Below, piece after piece: positions 26,532 to 34,475 of a DNA stretch of 64,000 nucleotides (the stretch's first letter is position 1; every line of letters begins with the position of its first letter). The translations under genes were made by a program, and so were the position numbers. The notes beneath the pieces were generated by a model that made no database searches, had not been told where the DNA came from, and was given only the letters and a program-made list of their open reading frames with translations. The stretch lies in IMG/VR virus record IMGVR_UViG_3300026077_000001; one strand, 5' to 3'. This DNA is from a virus (taxonomy: Duplodnaviria; Caudoviricetes).

Positions 26532-26560
26532 TTGACATTTTTCCACAATTCGTTTATACT
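26532..26560 (+). promoter_or_regulatory. Rightward sigma70 promoter with TTTTCCACA in its spacer
   Basis: TTGACA-17 nt-TATACT; the 9-mer is at 26539-26547. Confidence 0.8.
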
Positions 26561-26603
26561 AACTGTATGAACACTAATTAACACAAACTCGCTCTAATTT
26601 CCA

Positions 26604-26762
26604 ATGGGAAGGACTTACAAACGTAACGACACGTATGTATCAAATAGACCAAAAAGTTTGAGAGAAAAGAGAAACAAATCAAAGCGTAATAAGACGCTTG
26701 ATTATAAACAATCCAACTCACAATCATTCCAGGAAACTAACACAAATGGACAAACAAATTAA
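26604..26762 (+). CDS. Small basic protein (52 aa)
   Basis: Read manually: MGRTYKRNDTYVSNRPKSLREKRNKSKRNK... Confidence 0.55.
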   Translation: MGRTYKRNDTYVSNRPKSLREKRNKSKRNKTLDYKQSNSQSFQETNTNGQTN

Positions 26763-26889
26763 ACCCACTAATAGTAAAGAATGGGTGGAATATATGCTTG
26801 ATAATAGTGATAATCAAGACGCTAATCTGGTCGAGGTTAGTGATAGTTCATTTGGAGATTTGGATCTTGACTATACACATTCCCAGTAA
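26746..26889 (+). CDS. Small acidic hypothetical protein
   Basis: MDKQIKPTNSKEWVEYML... Confidence 0.45.
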   Translation: MDKQIKPTNSKEWVEYMLDNSDNQDANLVEVSDSSFGDLDLDYTHSQ

Positions 26890-27082
26890 ATATGCAATCT
26901 ATTTGGATCTATTAGATGAGGGTAATTTGCCACCTGATGAACAAATAGACCTGGCACAGTTCTTAATAGATACTGACCTTAATAACCAGTTGCTTCAGTA
27001 TCAACAACTATGCGATTATTTCATTGCGGAAGGGTTATGTTATGACGTGCAATTTGAGGAGGAAAGTATTAACAACTCGTAG
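26867..27082 (+). CDS. Hypothetical protein (TTG start inferred)
   Basis: LLDEGNLPPDEQIDLAQFLIDT motif; GGAG upstream. Confidence 0.55.
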   Translation: MTIHIPSKYAIYLDLLDEGNLPPDEQIDLAQFLIDTDLNNQLLQYQQLCDYFIAEGLCYDVQFEEESINNS

Positions 27083-27305
27083 CCCCACTATGTAACACAA
27101 ACTAGCACGTAATCGTGGAGACTAAGTGATACTAACTAGTGCACGCACTAAGTAACACAAATTAATCACGATTGCACTCACTAATTAACATTTTGCTTAT
27201 ATTAATTTTTGCACTAAGTGTAACCTACAAAAGTATAGGATGGCATATATTATCGAAATCGCAATAAATGGTACCTAGATATATAAAAAATTTCCCAGTA
27301 TAAAA

Positions 27306-27722
27306 ATGACCAAAAAGGTTCGCAAGAAATTAGAAGACCAGTACTACCACTACCTTGGCAGAGAATGGTCTAAGACTAAGGGTGGAGGTTGCTTCACCCT
27401 TCTTTATGATATGGGTAAGGACATTGGTTACCATACCTGCAAAGAAGACTACAGTTTCACCGCCAAAGAGTTCCTCAAAGACCTGTGGGAGGCAGAAGGG
27501 TGGTCTGTACTGAAAACATCAGAGATGGGAGAAGTCTTTGATATAGACGATCTGCAGAAGTTTGATATATTGGTGATGAGGTTGGATAAACGTCTCAATC
27601 ACTGTGCTGTATACCTAGGAGAAGGTTACTTATTACATCATCTAGCATTTGATGTCTCAAAGATAGAGTCTGTTCAATCCTATATACCGAAGACACTCTA
27701 CGTGATAAGAAAAGATGCATAG
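27306..27722 (+). CDS. NlpC/P60-family protein
   Basis: GGGCFTLL (Cys), FDILVM, NHCAVYLGEGYLLHH. Confidence 0.75.
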   Translation: MTKKVRKKLEDQYYHYLGREWSKTKGGGCFTLLYDMGKDIGYHTCKEDYSFTAKEFLKDLWEAEGWSVLKTSEMGEVFDIDDLQKFDILVMRLDKRLNHCAVYLGEGYLLHHLAFDVSKIESVQSYIPKTLYVIRKDA

Positions 27723-27879
27723 ATTTACCACTAAGATATTGGAGGATGACCATACAGGGGATCTGTACGTCATTCTACCAGACACTATATTCGCAGAAGC
27801 TGACTTAATGGCAGGTGATGAGGTAGAATATAGCGTAGATAACGAAACCATTTTATTGGAGAAAACCAACAATGAGTGA
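27715..27879 (+). CDS. AbrB/MazE/SpoVT-like small protein (54 aa)
   Basis: Read manually: GDLYVILPDTIFAEADLMAGDEVEYSVDNETILLEK fits the swapped-hairpin pattern. Confidence 0.6.
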   Translation: MHRFTTKILEDDHTGDLYVILPDTIFAEADLMAGDEVEYSVDNETILLEKTNNE

Positions 27880-28048
27880 CTTTACTTCACAAGAGGAAAA
27901 ATTGTGTTATGATGCTGTTAGGTATTATCAAATGAACCACATTGGTCCTTTCAAACACGCAGCATACGAGACTTGCAACAGCATTCTCAGAAAACTCGAA
28001 CACACGCAACCCTATTATAATGAGCAAACAGTCGGAACCGCAGACTGA
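27872..28048 (+). CDS. Small hypothetical protein (58 aa)
   Basis: Read manually: MSDFTSQEEKLCYDAVRYYQ... Confidence 0.55.
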   Translation: MSDFTSQEEKLCYDAVRYYQMNHIGPFKHAAYETCNSILRKLEHTQPYYNEQTVGTAD

Positions 28049-28217
28049 ATGGACTGCTACGTTCACGAAGGAGGAACGTCAGTTAATATGCAACTCTGGC
28101 AAATGGTGTTTGTTATACAAGGCTGAGGTCTGTGGTGGCAAACCCCTTGAAAATGTACAGAGGATATGGAGAAGTATAAGAACAAAGTTGGAATCTGGTG
28201 ATGATTTCTTAGAGTAG
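28020..28217 (+). CDS. Small hypothetical protein
   Basis: MSKQSEPQTEWTATF..., from an internal Met of the track ORF. Confidence 0.5.
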   Translation: MSKQSEPQTEWTATFTKEERQLICNSGKWCLLYKAEVCGGKPLENVQRIWRSIRTKLESGDDFLE

Positions 28218-28259
28218 TAAACCCCTTAAAACCCCTCCTCCGCCGAGCGACGCAACATT

Positions 28260-28775
28260 ATGGAGATTAATGATAGATTCTTAGATCCGTATGAATATGG
28301 ACAACTAAGAACGGCTATAGAAGCAGATACCTTCCCTTGGTACTATGGGAGGAAGACCAATCATATTGCCCAGATGTTTGATCCTGACTTAATTAAGAAG
28401 GAGAAGTATAACTGGCATATGTTTAACCTAATGTACTCTAATGGGGTTCCTATGACCCCTGAGTACGACCTTATACTAGGATTAATAAACAAGATTAAAC
28501 CGAGGGCAATTATACGAGTGAAGGCGAATATGACCCCAGTTGCGGATACTGTCCGTGAGTTTGAAATGCATAACGACATAAACGATGATAAAAAAGGGGA
28601 ATCAAAGACCTCAATCTACTATATAAATGATAACGATGGTTTTTCCTTATTTGAAGATGGTTCGAAAATTGAATCAGTAGGGAACAGGTTAGTAACATTT
28701 CCTGAGTCTATGATGCATTGCGGAACGACTTCAACTGACGAAAGACGTATTGTAATAAACTTAAACTACTTTTAA
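28260..28775 (+). CDS. 2OG-Fe(II) oxygenase
   Basis: MHND...IYYINDNDG...SVGNRLVTFP..MMHCGTT...RIVINLNYF. Confidence 0.85.
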   Translation: MEINDRFLDPYEYGQLRTAIEADTFPWYYGRKTNHIAQMFDPDLIKKEKYNWHMFNLMYSNGVPMTPEYDLILGLINKIKPRAIIRVKANMTPVADTVREFEMHNDINDDKKGESKTSIYYINDNDGFSLFEDGSKIESVGNRLVTFPESMMHCGTTSTDERRIVINLNYF

Positions 28776-28777
28776 AA

Positions 28778-29335
28778 ATGCAAATGGATTGTTGTGTCAT
28801 TTGTGGCACCACTGAGAACCTACATCATCACCATATTATACAAAGGAATTCGAAACTAGCTGATGATATGATCGGCAAAGAGTATGAAGGTTCTACTATA
28901 GACAGGGATTGGATTAATAACCACCCACATAACCAGATTACAGTATGCGTCCCACATCATAAGTGGGTACACGGTTTGAGATATTCATTAAGAGACAAAG
29001 CTTGGTCTGAGAGTGTTAAAAGAGGTCAAGCAAAGGCAAGAGCAGAAGGTAGATTACCTGGTGCACCTAGACTTGCTGATGAGAAACGTGATATGATCTA
29101 TAAGATGTACGATGAAGGTAAGAAATGGATAGAGATTAGAGAAGAGGTAGGAGTAGGTTTTAACAGTATATCCAAATGCTTACGAGCTAGAGGAACGAAG
29201 CTTAATCGTATTAAGCGTGACTTCAATGATACGTATTGGGACGGTAAAGCAGACCTATGGTTTAAGGAAGAACAAGAAAGACTGAAGAAACCACGTATCA
29301 AGCGTGATTTCTCAGATTTAGCACTATTAAGTTAA
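28778..29335 (+). CDS. HNH endonuclease with C-terminal resolvase-type HTH (putative homing endonuclease)
   Basis: CVICG..ENLHHHHII...NQITVCVPHHKWVH, then KRGQAKARAEGRLPGAPR..IYKMYDEGK.W.EI...VGVGFNSI. Confidence 0.75.
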   Translation: MQMDCCVICGTTENLHHHHIIQRNSKLADDMIGKEYEGSTIDRDWINNHPHNQITVCVPHHKWVHGLRYSLRDKAWSESVKRGQAKARAEGRLPGAPRLADEKRDMIYKMYDEGKKWIEIREEVGVGFNSISKCLRARGTKLNRIKRDFNDTYWDGKADLWFKEEQERLKKPRIKRDFSDLALLS

Positions 29336-29337
29336 TT

Positions 29338-29601
29338 ATGGAAATCCCTGAATTTGAATCATATGAAGCCGAATTGGAATGGAGGTTTGAAAGGATTGCT
29401 GAATCCATCAAGACTCTTGCCAAACAAGCTCAGTCTCACGAAGCGTTCTTAAAGCGTGGAGCAGAGATGATACAGTATAAGATACCAGGAACAGATAAGT
29501 ATTCTAATCTAAAAGAAGTGTTTGACGATCTATATGCCCGACTAAATAAGTTGGAGGTACATTACCTAAATGCCAGCTTACCTGATAGAGACAGGACGTA
29601 G
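29338..29601 (+). CDS. Hypothetical coiled-coil protein
   Basis: 87-aa ORF coupled to the structural block. Confidence 0.65.
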   Translation: MEIPEFESYEAELEWRFERIAESIKTLAKQAQSHEAFLKRGAEMIQYKIPGTDKYSNLKEVFDDLYARLNKLEVHYLNASLPDRDRT

Positions 29602-32600
29602 TTATCAGAATCCCGTAGATTCACACGAATACTCCCGTTCATATACAACTGAAGATCATCAAGCATTTGCCCAGTTCGGTCCTGGTGGGTATCAGATTAA
29701 GGTGGAAGGAAGTGGTCCTGGATCATATGAATTTGGAAAAGATGAAGTTTATTATATCGGAACACAGGTTGAGACTTGCGTTGCTAACTGTGATGCGGAA
29801 AGAAGACCTATATGGAGATGGTTCTCTTGTAGGAGAGTAGATCATACTTGGCATTACTTAAAAGAACTACCTGATAGCGTTCCTTTTAATCCTAGACGTT
29901 ATAATGCAGAACCTAGGAATAAGAGGGAGGTCTTTTATCTTTCAGAGAAGAGTCTGACTGGTAATCAAGAGTTATTCTTATTATATGACGCTGCAAACTT
30001 TAATAGTTATTTCTCTACAGTTAGTGGTGCTAGTACAGTAGCAGCATCATTTGATTCAAGTGGTAATCTAGTTTGTACAGGATCAGGTACCGCTACGATT
30101 ACATTTAACTTTAGTTGGAACGATAATCCTAGTACTGCTGGTACTGCATTAGGAACATATGCAATTCCTAGTCTGAATATATCATTTACTCAAAGTGGAA
30201 GGACTGGTACTGCAGTTCCACAGACTGCTACGATTACAGGTGGTCAAACATACAACTGTACCATTACTAATGGTAACTCAGCAGGGTTTACCTTACAAGA
30301 TAGTAATACTAAGATATGCTTTAAGGATGGAGACGGTAGTGATTGCAATGCTTCACTTACTACAGGTATACTTAATGACCCAGGTAACTCAGTTGCTAGT
30401 CTAGGACATATCTGGTCTTCATCTGCTGCAGCAGTCTCTGCAGGTGTAACACATCCTGGTGAGTCACTAATACCTCTGTATCATTATAAGAGGTTAGATA
30501 TCATCGATGATTTCTATACTACAGACCCAGCTAATGAGTACAACCTAGAGATGGACATTCCTGGTGTCCCTAACTGTAAGTTACCACTAGATCAGGCATA
30601 CAAGTATCAAGGTATATTGGGATATGTGTTCTCTAGAAATGCACCACGTAAGAAGAAGCAGGTTGTTGAATCAGGTAAACCTATCAATACTGGAGAGGTT
30701 TCTAGGTCAACTTGGTACGAATGGGATGAAGATGGAGGCTATGGAGAGGAAGATTATAACGAACAATCACCCCCTGCAAGCACTTTAGGTTGGGGAAACC
30801 CCGATAATGCCGAATTAATCGATGAAAAAGGCAATTTTGAGTGGTATTATGGCAAAAATGGTGCTGTAAAGGCAGCTTTACCCCGATTTTTGGGTTTTCA
30901 CGACGCTTTTGAGGGTCAATTCGTGTATTATTTGTATGATACCGTATTTCCCTTCTCTGGACCCATATATGGCATCAATTTGATCACTACTGATGCACCT
31001 TGTAATCCGTCTACTGCTGACTGTCCACACGACCCGCATACAACTTACCACTCTTATTACTATCAGATGCGTCAAGATGCGTGGGTGACCCAAAAAACAC
31101 ATATTGCAGTCGATGCACCAGCTGGAAGTGGTCTTCAAGAGTCATTTTGGGCTGTAGGAACCGATGATTTGATGATATTCTTCCGATATACGAACGAAGA
31201 TGGGTTCTATACGGTTGGAGAACAGATAAATGGTTGGTTGATCCAAAGTGTAAGGTATTTTGGTGATGAATTAAGATGTGGTTATATGAGATTACAACCT
31301 ATAGCAGGTCAAAATGGCAATACTTTCCAATATCAACAGACATTTAACTCTGATAATGGAGCAATTGCTTCAATTTTAGCTGGATATGGTATAAAAGACA
31401 AAGCGTGTTTCTTTGGAGTATATGAATTTCCAAAGAAATTGTCGTATTATAAGGTAGAAATTGATAATGAAGCACAGATACCCAAAAGAGATTTTGATGA
31501 AGCTATACTAGAAGCAACAGTTAATGATGCAGGACAAATAGGATCTATTGAAATCATCAATGGTGGTAGAGATTATACTAACCCACAGGTGGTTATTTCT
31601 ATTCCTGACCTTGCAAGACAAGAAGGATACTCTGATACTGCGTCTCATATACCAGAAACCTTCGAAGATAACGTATCTGGAGAGATTGCAATCAGTTATC
31701 AGACTAATGATGACTTTAAAGAGGCAGGTTATGATGCTACAAACGTTGCAGGTAACGTAAAAAATCAACAATATATCACTGAAGCTGGATATACTGGTAA
31801 TATTAAGCAAGCAGAAGCGACTGTTACTATAGATGCATTAGGTTGTGTCAAGACAGTAACCATTGCTGACCCAGGTGCTGGTTATCAACCTGGTGAAGAA
31901 GTACAGATCTCTGTAGTACAACGTGATAAAAAGACTCGTAGTGACTCATATGTTGCTGAAAGTGCTGTAGGACTTGAAGAAGAATTGGATAGATCACTAA
32001 AATCTGATACTGAAGGTGAAAATATACCAGATAAAGCAGCATTAGATGCTTGGGGTGAAGGTTTAGGATACGCAAAAGAGTCATTTAAACAATTTAACAC
32101 ACCTATTCAGTCTGAATATGTCTCTGGGTACATTAAAGCTACTGATTATGACCCTGATGAAAAGACAAAATTCTGTGATCAGGTACCTGTTGCGTGTTTA
32201 AACCCAGGTGTAGGTAAAGGATGGACAAATTTAAGCACATATCTTGATCCAAAAGCATATCAGAGTCAAATTTTGAACGCTGATGCAACTTGGGGACAGA
32301 ATGATGCGTTTATTTCGGATTCTGTATCGAATTCTGTTGACAATGCTGATTATGTTGAGAGTAAAATGGCTGCTGGAATGCCTGGAATGTTTGGTGGAGA
32401 CTGTTTAGAGACATTTCAGACCAAATTTTATCAAGTTAGGCGTTTCTTTGACATACCTTGTCCATATGTTGCATTCAATCAGTACGGTGAAAGCACAACT
32501 TATGGGTATCTACCTTACAAATATTGCGGAAGTAAGGAAGAATTCGCTCAAGTACGTGTATCAATGTGGTGTGAAGGTGATGTTTCCCAAAAAGGTGAGG

Positions 32601-33331
32601 TAATTAACCAGAGATTCTTAGATTGGTTGGAGTCTTTACCCAAGCCTTCTTACACAAAACCACGCCCAGCTGGTCCAAATGATAAATCTCACTCCTGTAC
32701 ACGTGGTTCTTCGGTAAAAGGACGGTGTTTTAGTTCAGGTGGTGGTAATTATACGTTCGTTCCTAGTGCTGGTGATGAAACTACATTCGATTTCTATGGA
32801 ACAGAGCTCGAGAAACTCGCTACTTGGGTTGGTCCTGACAACTATACGGCGTATGGAAGTGGTTCTATAAGCATCTATGATACTATGAATGGTCAAACAT
32901 ACAATCATACGTACAATACTATCCAGTTAGATAGCTGTACCAACAACAAATTCCCAGATCTTTGTTGGCATAACTTTGTTGCTGATGGTGTTTTGGACGT
33001 ATATAGTGGATATGATGCTAATGGTAATGGTTTGGCAAGTGATGATATCTGTACAGGGCAACCTTTCTCTAACCCCTCTACGTGGGTACAGAGCAGCAAC
33101 CTTAATGAATATGGTCAATGTGCTGCACTACAGAACGTTGTGCACTCTACAGTAGCATTTGATACAGGTAAAACTACAGAAGACAATCCATACATAGAAA
33201 TAGGACCGTGGAATGGCAAGATGCACTGGGCAAACTACTTACCTGGAGCAACAAACCTATTAGAAGATTCAATTAAGAGATGGGGTAACCCATATTTCGA
33301 TGAATGTGATTTAACTAACCAAGATCAATAA
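29570..33331 (+). CDS. Large virion/baseplate-associated structural protein
   Basis: 1253 aa and Cys-rich. It has GG.DY..P.V and PGAGY repeats like those of gp7, plus LYHY...DFYTT (DUF5648-like). It lies directly upstream of the PAAR gene. Confidence 0.65.
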   Translation: MPAYLIETGRSYQNPVDSHEYSRSYTTEDHQAFAQFGPGGYQIKVEGSGPGSYEFGKDEVYYIGTQVETCVANCDAERRPIWRWFSCRRVDHTWHYLKELPDSVPFNPRRYNAEPRNKREVFYLSEKSLTGNQELFLLYDAANFNSYFSTVSGASTVAASFDSSGNLVCTGSGTATITFNFSWNDNPSTAGTALGTYAIPSLNISFTQSGRTGTAVPQTATITGGQTYNCTITNGNSAGFTLQDSNTKICFKDGDGSDCNASLTTGILNDPGNSVASLGHIWSSSAAAVSAGVTHPGESLIPLYHYKRLDIIDDFYTTDPANEYNLEMDIPGVPNCKLPLDQAYKYQGILGYVFSRNAPRKKKQVVESGKPINTGEVSRSTWYEWDEDGGYGEEDYNEQSPPASTLGWGNPDNAELIDEKGNFEWYYGKNGAVKAALPRFLGFHDAFEGQFVYYLYDTVFPFSGPIYGINLITTDAPCNPSTADCPHDPHTTYHSYYYQMRQDAWVTQKTHIAVDAPAGSGLQESFWAVGTDDLMIFFRYTNEDGFYTVGEQINGWLIQSVRYFGDELRCGYMRLQPIAGQNGNTFQYQQTFNSDNGAIASILAGYGIKDKACFFGVYEFPKKLSYYKVEIDNEAQIPKRDFDEAILEATVNDAGQIGSIEIINGGRDYTNPQVVISIPDLARQEGYSDTASHIPETFEDNVSGEIAISYQTNDDFKEAGYDATNVAGNVKNQQYITEAGYTGNIKQAEATVTIDALGCVKTVTIADPGAGYQPGEEVQISVVQRDKKTRSDSYVAESAVGLEEELDRSLKSDTEGENIPDKAALDAWGEGLGYAKESFKQFNTPIQSEYVSGYIKATDYDPDEKTKFCDQVPVACLNPGVGKGWTNLSTYLDPKAYQSQILNADATWGQNDAFISDSVSNSVDNADYVESKMAAGMPGMFGGDCLETFQTKFYQVRRFFDIPCPYVAFNQYGESTTYGYLPYKYCGSKEEFAQVRVSMWCEGDVSQKGEVINQRFLDWLESLPKPSYTKPRPAGPNDKSHSCTRGSSVKGRCFSSGGGNYTFVPSAGDETTFDFYGTELEKLATWVGPDNYTAYGSGSISIYDTMNGQTYNHTYNTIQLDSCTNNKFPDLCWHNFVADGVLDVYSGYDANGNGLASDDICTGQPFSNPSTWVQSSNLNEYGQCAALQNVVHSTVAFDTGKTTEDNPYIEIGPWNGKMHWANYLPGATNLLEDSIKRWGNPYFDECDLTNQDQ

Positions 33332-33864
33332 TGGCATTAGGACTCTTACGACCAGTTGCACACCATAATGGACTACCCTGTTCAGGGCACGGTGTGCCTA
33401 TTCCTTCAACAATACACAGTACACAGACTTGCGGTACACCACCGATTCAGCTGCCTATTATTGTTAAGGAGAAGACTTGTATGTGGCCTCCAATGCCACT
33501 AGTCCCACTTACTGCCATAAACCCAATGAGGGCAACGGTTCTCGTCAATGGTTTACCAATTATGATCTTTGGTGATCAATTTATACCACATTTATCACCA
33601 ACAACCAATATTATCAATTATCTTTGTCCTTGTGGTAAAGCAACTTGTGTTATTCCAACTCCAACCGTTTGCAGTCTCATTACAACAGAGGATATGCTAG
33701 GTAAAGGACATTGGAGACTCCTTTATGCTACTACAAAAACAGTTTTAGCATTTAAGATCCCAATAGGACGTATTATGGATCCCCTTGGGTATGGAATGCC
33801 AGGTAAAAGTTGGCCTTGTTCATCAGTGGTTGCATTTGGTAGTCCAAATGTGTTAGCATCATAG
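33331..33864 (+). CDS. PAAR-family spike-tip protein (T4 gp5.4-like)
   Basis: CSGHG, TVLVNGLP, DQFIPH, GHWR, GRIMDPL, C...VAFGSPNVLA. Confidence 0.75.
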   Translation: MALGLLRPVAHHNGLPCSGHGVPIPSTIHSTQTCGTPPIQLPIIVKEKTCMWPPMPLVPLTAINPMRATVLVNGLPIMIFGDQFIPHLSPTTNIINYLCPCGKATCVIPTPTVCSLITTEDMLGKGHWRLLYATTKTVLAFKIPIGRIMDPLGYGMPGKSWPCSSVVAFGSPNVLAS

Positions 33865-33880
33865 AAACAGCAAACGCATT

Positions 33881-34033
33881 ATGGCAGTAAAAACCAAATC
33901 AGGTGCTTGGGGTTCTTCTACCTTTGTTGAAGCAACACCTAAAAAGACCCGTCAAGGGATGGGTAAGCACACTAAATTGAGTGCAACTTCAAGAAACAAA
34001 GCAAGGAAGAAGTACCGAGGACAAGGAAAGTGA
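33881..34033 (+). CDS. Small basic protein (50 aa)
   Basis: Read manually: ...PKKTRQGMGKHTKLSATSRNKARKKYRGQGK. Confidence 0.65.
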   Translation: MAVKTKSGAWGSSTFVEATPKKTRQGMGKHTKLSATSRNKARKKYRGQGK

Positions 34034-34040
34034 CTAAATA
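34033..34040 (+). promoter_or_regulatory. Late promoter (ACTAAATA)
   Basis: TAAATA core 28 nt upstream of gp25. Confidence 0.55.
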
Positions 34041-34067
34041 GAAATACGAATACAATAATACCGCCTA

Positions 34068-34475
34068 ATGGCGTATAGGTTTAAAGCAGAAAGGAACTTG
34101 TCGAGGCAGTTCCGTGACCTCAGTATAGGGATGAAAAACAACCCCAATACTGAGGATTTTTCTGTGGTTAAAAATGAGAACGCTATTAAGCAATCCATCA
34201 AAAACCTGATCCTGACTGGGTTTGGAGAGAGACCTTTCCAACCAACTAAAGGATCACGGTTACGTCAGATGCTCTTTGAAAATTTCGATGTCTTTATGGC
34301 TGAGGAATTAAAAGAAGAAATATTTAACGTATGTTCACGATTTGAACCACGTGTTGTTATTAATGAAGTTAGATTAGAGGTAGCTGATACCAATGATCTC
34401 GAAGTTGAGGTTGATTACACTATTATCGGTGAAACTCTTACCCAAACTGTAGACTTCTTGTTGGAGAAAACATAA
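34068..34475 (+). CDS. gp25: Baseplate wedge subunit gp25
   Basis: AIKQSIKNLILTGFGERPFQP..GS.L...LFE...FEPRV. Confidence 0.93.
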   Translation: MAYRFKAERNLSRQFRDLSIGMKNNPNTEDFSVVKNENAIKQSIKNLILTGFGERPFQPTKGSRLRQMLFENFDVFMAEELKEEIFNVCSRFEPRVVINEVRLEVADTNDLEVEVDYTIIGETLTQTVDFLLEKT

